Shown in pieces: positions 1-6,989 of a stretch of DNA of 10,839 nt. Origin of the DNA: an uncultured bacterium (GTDB lineage Bacteria; SAR324; NAC60-12); assembly GCA_964010765.1 (NCBI GenBank), contig CAXGMD010000094.1, positions 1 to 10,839 on the forward strand. Reading direction: 5' to 3'. The stretch's first letter is position 1. Every line of letters begins with the position of its first letter. Position numbers and translations under genes: made by a program. The notes under the pieces were generated by a model. That model was given only the letters and a program-made list of their open reading frames with translations. It searched no databases and was not told the DNA's origin.

Positions 1-1
1 A

Positions 2-496
2 AACCTGGGTGGAATCGTCTATGGTACTCAAGTCTTTGTCCCGCGCATGATCGAAAGAGGAAGACCAGGCCTAGTGATCAATACCGGCTCAAAGCAGGGA
101 ATCACCACTCCGCCTGGAGACCCAGCTTACAATGTTTCTAAGAGTGGAGTGAAGACCTTCACCGAAGCCTTGGCCCACGAGCTGCGAAACACGGAAGGGC
201 ACCAACTGACTGCTCACTTGCTCATCCCTGGCTTCGTTTTCACAGACCTGACTCGCGGTAGCCGTACTGAAAAGCCCGCTGGTGCCTGGACCCCTGAACA
301 GACCGCAGAGTTCCTGTTTCAAAGCGTAGAGCGTGGGGATTTCTACATCCTCTGTCCGGACAACGATGTCTCACGTGAACTAGACGAAAAGAGAATGGCC
401 TGGGCGATCGGAGACATCATCGAGAACCGCCCGCCTCTTTCCAGATGGCATCCTGACTATGCAGAGTCTTTCAATCTCTATATCAATCGGAGTTGA
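2..496 (+). CDS. Short-chain dehydrogenase/reductase (SDR), 5'-truncated by the window edge
   Basis: Frame is open from base 2 (NLGGIVYGTQVFVPRMIERG...), so the ATG at 47 is internal. Catalytic Ser in INTGSKQG, YxxxK as YNVSK, then LLIPGFVFT. Stop TGA at 494-496. Confidence 0.9.
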   Translation, partial: NLGGIVYGTQVFVPRMIERGRPGLVINTGSKQGITTPPGDPAYNVSKSGVKTFTEALAHELRNTEGHQLTAHLLIPGFVFTDLTRGSRTEKPAGAWTPEQTAEFLFQSVERGDFYILCPDNDVSRELDEKRMAWAIGDIIENRPPLSRWHPDYAESFNLYINRS

Positions 497-506
497 TAGC
501 GGATCA

Positions 507-917
507 ATGAAGAAATGGATCTTCACCTCACTGTTGGTAAATGTTGCTGTCTTGATTTCAGTCTGTGCAGAACTGATCACTGGGGCTGTCTGGACAGAAG
601 AAGGCTACGGACCAACTACTCCAGCACGCAGCATTCTACTCTCTATTTACCTGGCTATTTTAGTCGTCTCTCTACTATTGTTGCGCAATCCAGATTCTAA
701 ACTGGTCACACCACTCTTATTGGTTCAAGTGATTTACAAATTTTCTACGCCACTCACCGTTGGAACAATTCAAAATCCGGTTGTCCTCAGTAATCTTGGG
801 ATTGCTGTGCTCCACACAATCACACTCTGGGTGATCTGGAACTCATTCATTTTGAATGCTGTGAGCACCGAGAACATTAATTCAGAAGGGATTCTATGCC
901 TGTTGCTGTCATTGTAG
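507..917 (+). CDS. Uncharacterised small integral membrane protein (136 aa, about 4 hydrophobic segments)
   Basis: ATG at 507, 10 nt after the SDR stop (MKKWIFTSLLVNVAVL...). Hydrophobic stretches ILLSIYLAILVVSLLLL, LLLVQVIYKF and VVLSNLGIAVLHTITLWVIW. The last 22 nt overlap the next gene. Confidence 0.75.
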   Translation: MKKWIFTSLLVNVAVLISVCAELITGAVWTEEGYGPTTPARSILLSIYLAILVVSLLLLRNPDSKLVTPLLLVQVIYKFSTPLTVGTIQNPVVLSNLGIAVLHTITLWVIWNSFILNAVSTENINSEGILCLLLSL

Positions 918-1618
918 GAGTAGGCCCCTCCGCTGGGCTAGGAGCCACTCTTTGTCGTCATGCTGCTCAAGCCGGATTGCATGTGTTTGCAGGAGGCAGA
1001 ACCTCTACCCAACTCGAGCAAACAAAGCATGAAATTGAAGCTGCTGGAGGAAATTGTATGCCTGTGGTCACAGACGTCACAGCAGAAGAGCAGGTGCAGG
1101 CTCTGATTGAGCAGGCTGAACAGGCAGGACAGATCGAGCTAGCGATCTACAATGCAGGCAACAACTACTCCGGTAACTTCCTGGAGATAGAAGCAAGCCT
1201 GTTTGAGCAAGCTTGGCGAGTAGGGACGTTGGGAGGATTCCTCTTTGCCCGGGAAGTTCTTCGCAGGATGGTTCCTCGTAATCAAGGAACCTTGATCTTC
1301 ACCGGTGCCAGCGCCTCTCTGCGAGGAAAGCCCCGATTCGCTCCTTTCACAGCGGCCAAGGCTGGACTACGGGCGATGTCCCAAAGTCTAGCTCGTGAAT
1401 TTCAGCCACAGGGGATTCATGTCGCCCATGTCGTGATCGATGGAATCATCAACGGAGACCGCATTCGAAATCGAGCCCCGGCTCTGGTCGAGCAACTTGG
1501 CGAGGAAGGGATGCTACAGCTAGACGATATCGCCAGTGCCTATATGTTTCTGCACCAACAACCACGTAGCGCCTGGACTCACGAATTAGATCTGAGAACT
1601 TTCCAGGAAAACTTCTGA
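896..1618 (+). CDS. SDR family oxidoreductase with atypical active site (resembles classical SDR subgroup c10)
   Basis: N-terminal VIVGVGPSAGLG dinucleotide loop, YNAGN, LIFTGASASLRG, FAPFTAAK (Phe in place of the catalytic Tyr), GIHVAHVVIDG and WTHELDLR. Purine-rich AGAAGGGA upstream of ATG 896. Confidence 0.9.
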   Translation: MPVAVIVGVGPSAGLGATLCRHAAQAGLHVFAGGRTSTQLEQTKHEIEAAGGNCMPVVTDVTAEEQVQALIEQAEQAGQIELAIYNAGNNYSGNFLEIEASLFEQAWRVGTLGGFLFAREVLRRMVPRNQGTLIFTGASASLRGKPRFAPFTAAKAGLRAMSQSLAREFQPQGIHVAHVVIDGIINGDRIRNRAPALVEQLGEEGMLQLDDIASAYMFLHQQPRSAWTHELDLRTFQENF

Positions 1619-1629
1619 AAAGCTCAAAC

Positions 1630-2763
1630 TCAGCGTAAAAGTGACTGGGCTTCCTCAGCAGTCAGTGGTGCCGGCTGAGTACAGGTAGTTTGCAATTCCA
1701 GAGTCTGCCGTGTATCAGCGGACTTCAAAATAGCGGTCATCACTTCCACGCCATGGAGAGGTCGCTCAATGGAGCAACGAGCATCCCGGCCCGTCTGAAT
1801 GGCAACCGCCAGATCAGCTAGGCCACTCGCCCGGTAGTTGGCAACTGCACTCCGTGGATTTTCCTGATTGGGTATTCCGAAGGGGTGGTGCTCTGCGGCT
1901 ACCGCTTCAAACTCGCCATCTCGCTCACTACGCAGTAGTTCCCCACCAAAGAAGTTCGGATCGGGTACAACGAGAGAACCCTCTGTGCCATAAAGTTCCA
2001 TGTTGCGATGTCCGTGTTGCCAGATATCCCAGCTCGCCCCCAGCGTGATCAGCGCACCATTGGCGAATTCAAGCACTGAGTGAATCGTAGTCGGGGTAGT
2101 GACTGGAATCTTCTCTCCATAGCGTGGCTGACTGGTAATTGTACGTTCCTTTTGTGGAATGCTCGACATGGCCGCCACGTAGCGTACCGGTCCCAACAGG
2201 TGAATCAGGTTGCCGATGTAGTAAGGTCCGAGGTCCAGCACAGGACCACCTCCAGGCCGGAAGAAGAAATCCGGGTTGGGATGCCAGTGCTCCATACCAT
2301 GGCTGAGAACATGACAGGTCCCTCCCACAATTTCACCCAACGTCCCAGCATCAATCATCGCTCGAGCCTGCTGGTGCGTTCCTCCAAGGAAGGTGTCGGG
2401 AGTGCAAGCTACTCGCAGGCCTTTCTGCTCAGAAAGATCTCGCAAGGCCAAGCCATCTTCCAGTGAGAGCGTCAACGGCTTTTCGGAGTAGACATGCTTG
2501 CCTGCCTCCAAAATCGCCTTGGAAACTGCAAAGTGAGCATTTGGGACTGTCAAGTTCACGACAATGTCCAGCTCTGAATGGGAGATCAGGTCTTCCACAC
2601 TCAGAGCTTCCAAACCGAATTGTTCTGCTTGAGCTTGAGCGATCTCCATATTGAGATCCGCGCAGGCTTTGACTTCGATGGGCTGAAAGAGCTTCGATAG
2701 ACGGAAATAAGCTGACGAGATATTTCCACAGCCAATCACCCCAACGTTCAGTGTTCCAGGCAT
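1630..2763 (-). CDS. Gfo/Idh/MocA family NAD(P)-dependent oxidoreductase (sugar/glycoside dehydrogenase)
   Basis: GVIGCGNIS Rossmann motif, AGKHVYSEKP family motif, GGGPVLDLGPY and ELYGTEGSL. 377 aa, starting 3 nt after the upstream gene's stop. Confidence 0.93.
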   Translation of the reverse strand: MPGTLNVGVIGCGNISSAYFRLSKLFQPIEVKACADLNMEIAQAQAEQFGLEALSVEDLISHSELDIVVNLTVPNAHFAVSKAILEAGKHVYSEKPLTLSLEDGLALRDLSEQKGLRVACTPDTFLGGTHQQARAMIDAGTLGEIVGGTCHVLSHGMEHWHPNPDFFFRPGGGPVLDLGPYYIGNLIHLLGPVRYVAAMSSIPQKERTITSQPRYGEKIPVTTPTTIHSVLEFANGALITLGASWDIWQHGHRNMELYGTEGSLVVPDPNFFGGELLRSERDGEFEAVAAEHHPFGIPNQENPRSAVANYRASGLADLAVAIQTGRDARCSIERPLHGVEVMTAILKSADTRQTLELQTTCTQPAPLTAEEAQSLLR

Positions 2764-2766
2764 GGC

Positions 2767-3513
2767 TCACTCCGCAAAGGTTTGGACAGTCGCCAAAGAA
2801 CGACGAGCAAAGCGGGCAACATCGTTTGGCTTATCGTGCTCCATCACATACCAGGTAGCTGGGGTTTTGCGCAATTGACCATACAATCCTGGCCAATCGA
2901 TCACACCGTGCCCCACATCTGCCCAACCATCTTCATCTGCATTCTCTCCTGCAGGAGCGATATCCTTCACATGAACCGCACAAAGCCGATCCCCATAGCG
3001 TTGAATCCAATCTGCAGGATTGGCCTGCCCTCGTACGACCCAAGCCAAGTCCATTTCCCAACTCAGCTCTGGGTTTTCCAAAAGAATTTCCATCGGAGTC
3101 TGACCATTCTCCAGTGCAGCAAACTCAAAGTCATGATTGTGCCATCCGAAGCCTAGCCCAGCAGCTTTGTATGGTTTGCCAACTTCATTGAGTTTTTCTG
3201 CCATCTGCTTCCAGCCAGCAGCATCAGAAGGACGTTGATCTGCAGCCAAGTGAGGGCAGATCACTGTTTGCACTCCCAGAGTTTCGATGGTCTTCATTGC
3301 CTGATCCAAGTCTTCCAACTGTGATAGGCCAAAATGTCCGGTCGGCATTGTCAGGCCATTGCTATCTAGATCCTGCCGTAACGAAGCCGCTTGGTCATAA
3401 AGTCCACCAAAGCCCTCCACCTGTGTATAGCCAAGCTCTGCCAGCAGCTGCAGGGTGTTACTCAGGGGTGGATGATTCCGAGCACTATAGAGTTGAAAGG
3501 ACCAGTCGTTCAT
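2767..3513 (-). CDS. Sugar phosphate isomerase/epimerase family, xylose-isomerase-like TIM barrel (AP_endonuc_2), 248 aa
   Basis: Start at ATG 3513 (MNDWSFQLYSAR) with AGGA upstream. Metal-site motifs GWHNHDFEF, WEMDLAW, AVHVKD and YVMEHD. The ORF-track extension to 3621 is probably not coding. Confidence 0.9.
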   Translation of the reverse strand: MNDWSFQLYSARNHPPLSNTLQLLAELGYTQVEGFGGLYDQAASLRQDLDSNGLTMPTGHFGLSQLEDLDQAMKTIETLGVQTVICPHLAADQRPSDAAGWKQMAEKLNEVGKPYKAAGLGFGWHNHDFEFAALENGQTPMEILLENPELSWEMDLAWVVRGQANPADWIQRYGDRLCAVHVKDIAPAGENADEDGWADVGHGVIDWPGLYGQLRKTPATWYVMEHDKPNDVARFARRSLATVQTFAE

Positions 3514-3541
3514 GTTGATTCCTAATGTGTGAGAGGAGCAA

Positions 3542-3580
3542 AGCAGCAAACGGGTTTCTGAATGAAACCCCCTGTCTGCT
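3542..3580. other. Intergenic inverted repeat / stem-loop upstream of the TIM-barrel gene
   Basis: GGGTTTC (3552-3558), loop TGAAT, GAAACCC (3564-3570), with an outer pair AGCAG (3542-3546) / CTGCT (3576-3580). No long U-tract follows on either strand. Confidence 0.55.
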
Positions 3581-3641
3581 GAGATTTGTTCACAACGTGC
3601 CCTCAATCCATTTCTGGGCAAGCATTTATACGTTCATTGTT

Positions 3642-3774
3642 TCAGCGGTTTGCCAAAGCTGTCAATGCCTTGGAGTAGCGATCTCCCTGGATCGTAATGG
3701 CCGAAAGTGCCTCATTAATTTTTGCTAAATCCTCGGTGATCAGCTTGACTTCAAAGGCACAGTGTTTCATCCAA
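3642..3774 (-). pseudogene. 3' remnant of an aldo/keto reductase (AKR13/YakC-like C-terminus)
   Basis: 3758-3642 reads AFEVKLITEDLAKINEALSAITIQGDRYSKALTALANR-stop, matching the recalled AKR tail pattern (LEEN..A..V.LT.EDL..I......VQG.RY). An out-of-frame TTG GAT GAA (LDE) at 3774-3766 fits the LEEN position. The rest of the barrel is absent. Confidence 0.65.
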
Positions 3775-3798
3775 AAGTTCTTTGTTTCATCAGCTTTT

Positions 3799-4041
3799 TC
3801 AAGTTCTAGAGTCATATTGATTGGCTTTTTCCACGAGAGCTTCAACTTGAGCCTCCGAAAACGCTCCTTGAGTAAATTGAACAAGCTTAATGATTGGTAA
3901 ATCACGAAGCATGGCTTCCATCATTGTAGCAACATCTTCGTCATCACTATGACTCCCCATCTGTTTGCTCATTTCAGCGATAACTGGTGCTACCAGATTA
4001 TGAGCTTGGGGTAGATGTGATTGCATTCAGATAGTTGATGA
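3799..4041 (-). pseudogene. Probable 3' remnant of a glycoside hydrolase (resembles the helical C-terminal tail of some GH3 beta-glucosidases)
   Basis: Reads SSTI-stop-MQSHLPQAHNLVAPVIAEMSKQMG...MMEAMLRDLPIIKLVQFTQGAFSEAQVEALVEKAN. This resembles the recalled tail STxGD...HP...MM.AM..DMPL..LV.F..G.F.EE....L. In-frame TGA at 4027-4029, no good RBS for ATG 4026, no catalytic domain. Confidence 0.45.
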
Positions 4042-4068
4042 AAATAGGGATGGAAATCGCTTGCCCCC

Positions 4069-4104
4069 TTGCTCTCCAAAAATCCTTCGGAAGGAATAGA
4101 GCAA
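4069..4104 (-). terminator. Stem-loop directly after the ABC ATPase stop; weak rho-independent terminator or intercistronic hairpin
   Basis: Minus strand reads TTGCTCT-AT-TCCTT-CCG-AAGGA-TTTTT-GG-AGAGCAA: a 5-bp stem followed by T5, enclosed by a 7-bp outer inverted repeat (4069-4075 / 4098-4104). Confidence 0.45.
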
Positions 4105-4581
4105 CTAGATTCGTTCTTCGGTATCCTTACGGAAAATTGAGGACTTGGGGATGTTGAATTCCAAATGGTAGTTCGTGCCTTCCTGGCAATTCAGATCAGC
4201 ATCGATTCGTACGGAGAGCGCTTGTTGTTCCAACTTGAGCCAAAGCAGACTGTCAGCCCCCATTGGTTCGTCAATCTCGACGGTTGCAGGAACTGTCACA
4301 CCGGGGATGGGCTCTTTGTGTATTTGGATGTGCTCCGGTCTCACTCCAAGAACCGACTCTCCTCCTTGACTGAGAGCAGTGCTGGCTTCATAGCCTTTGA
4401 GGGAAACAGACGTTCCTCCCTTGGTTTGGAAGGTCACTTCTTCCCCATTGATCACCAACTGTCCAGATAGGAAGTTCATCGCTGGTGAGCCAATAAACCC
4501 GACCACATACAAGTTGGAGGGCTTGTTGTAGATTTGTTGTGGTGCAGCTAATTGCTGGATAACACCACATTTTGTGATGAT
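4105..4581 (-). pseudogene. 5'-truncated carbohydrate ABC transporter ATP-binding subunit (MalK/UgpC type); only the distal NBD end and OB/TOBE domain remain
   Basis: GVIQQLAAPQQIYNKPSNLYVVGFIGSPAMNF, LGVRPEHI and EPMGADSLLW are MalK-type C-terminal motifs. No Walker A, LSGGQ or Walker B, and no room for them before the operator at 4670. The 5' boundary is approximate (4570-4620). Confidence 0.88.
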
Positions 4582-4669
4582 ACCCCTGCCACAGTAGCAA
4601 GGCGGCAATAGACCTGATTTCCAAGATCTTCCGACAGAGTTGGTTCAGCAATCCTCTGTAAAAAAATAT

Positions 4670-4683
4670 TGAAAACGATTGCA
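4670..4683. promoter_or_regulatory. LacI-family operator
   Basis: TGAAAACGATTGCA fits the CG-centred LacI-family palindrome TGnAAnCGnTTnCA. It lies between the divergent LacI gene and the sugar operon. Confidence 0.8.
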
Positions 4684-4713
4684 TAATCAGCCTTGCAATA
4701 CGATTTTTGTCAA
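4683..4713 (-). promoter_or_regulatory. Putative sigma70-type promoter for the leftward sugar operon
   Basis: Perfect TTGACA on the minus strand at 4713-4708. The -10 is poor (CTGATT at 17 nt spacing, GATTAT at 19 nt). The operator would overlap the start region, as expected for a repressor. Confidence 0.45.
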
Positions 4714-4796
4714 GCTATTTAGTGACGAACAATTATTTCTAACATCACCAGATGCGGTGGCCCCTTGACGAGGTTCCACCCAAGGAAACACTCTCC

Positions 4797-5798
4797 ATGA
4801 GCACTCCAAAGTTAACTGACGTAGCCCGACTGGCAGGAGTATCACCAGCGACTGTGAGCCGAGCGATCAATCAACCAGCAATTGTCAATGCCAAGACTCT
4901 GGAGCGCATCCAACAAGCAATCCAGCAAATTGGCTATGAGACCAACACAGCGGGACGGAATCTACGCCTGCGCAGGTCTGATGCCTTGCTGGTCATGATC
5001 TCAGATGCACCAAGTCGTTTTTTCTCTCAGATTCTAATGGGAGTAGAAGCAGAAGCCTCTGAAGCTGGTTACAACGTATTGGTCTCGAACACTCAGGATA
5101 ATCCAGAGAGGGGACGTCGGCTCTACGCAAGCATTCAGCAAAGTTTAGCAGATGGGATCCTGACTTTTGGAGGACATAACCAGGAACTGGGTGACTTGAT
5201 CAGAAACCATCCCATCCCAATCGTTGGGGTCAATGAACACCTGGAAGATCTCCCTGTCCCCGTGACTACTGTCAACAACTTGGACGCTTCTCGGGCCATC
5301 GTTCGTCATCTGCTAGAGTTAGGACATCGAAAAATTGGGCATGTGACCGGCACCACTACCTTGTCTTCGGGCAGAGATCGATTGGAGGGATTTTTGAGTG
5401 AGCTACAGCAGGCTGGACTCGCTCCTACATGGATTTGCAACAAGCACTACAACGTAGAATCTGGCAGAGAAGCTGCTGGAGAATGGCTATGCTTGACCGA
5501 CCGTCCGACTGCGGTCTTTTGCTCCTGTGATGAGGCTGCTTTCGGGTTCATTGCAGCACTTCAACGCAAGGGGATCCGGGTTCCAGCAGATATATCCGTG
5601 GTTGGCTTTGATGATATCCCTTTGGCCGATCACTACTGTCCAGCGTTGACTACCATCCGTCAACCACAGCGAGAGTTGGGAGTGACTGCTGTGCGCATGC
5701 TATTGGAGCGCATCCATGACGTGGAAGCAGACATCCCCAATCAGCGACTTTCAGGAGAACTGATTGTCCGTGAGAGCACAGGGCCACCTACCAACTGA
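4797..5798 (+). CDS. LacI family transcriptional regulator (333 aa)
   Basis: ATG 4797 with AAGGA at 4782-4786. HTH KLTDVARLAGVSPATVSRAIN, hinge AGRNLR, and a sugar-binding domain with HLLELGHRKIG, PTAVFCSCDEAA, VPADISVVGFDD, PALTTIRQP and LIVRESTG. Confidence 0.96.
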   Translation: MSTPKLTDVARLAGVSPATVSRAINQPAIVNAKTLERIQQAIQQIGYETNTAGRNLRLRRSDALLVMISDAPSRFFSQILMGVEAEASEAGYNVLVSNTQDNPERGRRLYASIQQSLADGILTFGGHNQELGDLIRNHPIPIVGVNEHLEDLPVPVTTVNNLDASRAIVRHLLELGHRKIGHVTGTTTLSSGRDRLEGFLSELQQAGLAPTWICNKHYNVESGREAAGEWLCLTDRPTAVFCSCDEAAFGFIAALQRKGIRVPADISVVGFDDIPLADHYCPALTTIRQPQRELGVTAVRMLLERIHDVEADIPNQRLSGELIVRESTGPPTN

Positions 5799-5881
5799 GC
5801 TTAGGCTATAATCATCGATTCGGTTTCTGGTCTTGGCAGGAATACTCTTGATCACCGATTCAACTGCACTGAAAAACTTTC

Positions 5882-6794
5882 ATGACAACACAACGTCCCT
5901 GGCCGCAGCGCCGCAGACTACAAGATGGACAACTCGCAGAACTCAGTATCGTGAATTATGAGAGTGGAGAAAGCACTGTTATCTATGAAACTGCAGAGTT
6001 GATTGAAGCGCCCAACTGGACTCCGGACGGTGATTGGCTGATCTTCAATGCAGACGGCAGGATTTTTCGAATCTCTCCAGACGGAAAACGTGGACCAGAG
6101 CGCATCAATACCGAACCCATCGAAGATCTGAACAACGACCACGTGTTTTCACCAGATGGCAAGCAAATCTATCTCAGTTCACGAAATGGGCATCTCTATC
6201 GAGTACCAATTGCGGGGGGGGCAACCCAAACGAGTCTCCAATCAGCAGGAAGCTGAACGGAATTTTCGCTACTATCTCCATGGGGTTTCACCAGATGGCA
6301 AAACACTGGGCTATGTAGGAGTTGAAAATCGTGAAGGAGGTGGAACAAAAATGAGAATCTGCACAATTCCAACTCAGGGGGGAACAGACCAGTTTCTGAC
6401 CGATGGAAGTGCGCCTGTGGAAGGGCCTGAATTTTCAGTGGATGGAAAGTGGATTTATTTCAACGGAGAAGCCCCAAGCCGGTAGCCTGGGCATGCACAA
6501 ATTTATCGGATGCGCCAAGATGGTTCTGAAGCACAACAACTGACTCACGATGAGCGAGTCAACTGGTTCCCACATTGTAGCCCCGATGGACAACACATCG
6601 CTTACCTGAACTATCCTCCTGGTACAGAGGGACACCCACCTGATCGGGCTGTTGAGTTACGAATCATGAATCCAGAAGGTGGAGAGGTGCGCAGTTTGGT
6701 ATCTTGCTGGGGTGGTCAAGGCACAATCAACGTCAACTCCTGGGCTCCAGACAGTCAACGTTTCGCTTACGTTGCCTATCCTACTCGCAGCTAA
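5882..6794 (+). pseudogene. TolB-like PD40-repeat beta-propeller protein, disrupted by a +1 frameshift and an in-frame amber stop
   Basis: ORFs 5882-6256, 6156-6485 and 6510-6794 join into one 303-codon frame if G8 at 6214-6221 is read as G7 and TAG 6483-6485 is read through (APSR-stop-PGHAQIYRMRQDG). Blade motifs EAPNWTPDG, NNDHVFSPDG, HGVSPDG, GPEFSVDG, WFPHCSPDG and NVNSWAPDS. Confidence 0.88.
6147..6301 (+). repeat. 16-bp direct repeat TTTCACCAGATGGCAA in two propeller blades (SPDGK)
   Basis: Identical copies at 6147-6162 and 6286-6301, 139 nt apart (3x46+1), which independently supports a single-base insertion between them. Confidence 0.85.
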
Positions 6795-6989
6795 ACACCA
6801 ACTCATCTTGAAACATCATCACTACGAAAACCTATCAGATTAAGTTAAGGTCGTCTGTCAATTTTATTGCAAATTATCTAATATTCACTCCAATTAAGTT
6901 ATTCGATTCAATAGATAAATTTAAATTTAAACATTGGTTAATCTGAAGTAGAAAAAGATAGAATATTTTTTACCAAAACTTTAAAGAAA

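Noticed and set aside
1854..3728. Shadow ORFs over or beside the Gfo/Idh/MocA and TIM-barrel genes (1854-2048, 2080-2466, 2429-2770, 2463-2654, 2782-3156, 3297-3518, 3525-3728)
   Set aside because: Antisense or off-frame to well-supported genes, or spanning intergenic and stub sequence, with no recognisable motifs.
3642..3905. 87-aa ORF as a real gene
   Set aside because: Its N-terminal part is an alternative frame of the 3799-4026 stub plus junction sequence. Only the last 38 residues look like a real protein tail.
4575..4650. Remnant signal peptide of a deleted substrate-binding protein (LNQLCRKILEIRSIAALLLWQG after AGAGGA, minus strand)
   Set aside because: No properly spaced start codon, and another frame (NQVYCRLA) could equally be a decayed DQVEAMTLA segment of the ATPase. 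Cannot be decided by eye.
4695..4708. Second LacI operator (GCAATACGATTTTT)
   Set aside because: Shares the CGATT core but lacks the TG...CA ends at the right spacing.
6483..6485. Amber recoding (alternative genetic code or pyrrolysine) to explain the in-frame TAG
   Set aside because: TAG ends the ABC ATPase at its expected C-terminus (4105-4107), no other intact gene has an internal TAG, no pyl genes are visible, and the same gene has an independent frameshift.
5882..6794. Naming the propeller gene tolB
   Set aside because: No signal peptide, no TolB N-terminal domain and no tolQRA/pal context.
6823..6850. dif-like Xer site (TTAAGTTAAGG resembles a XerD arm)
   Set aside because: No XerC-like arm at the required 6-bp spacing.
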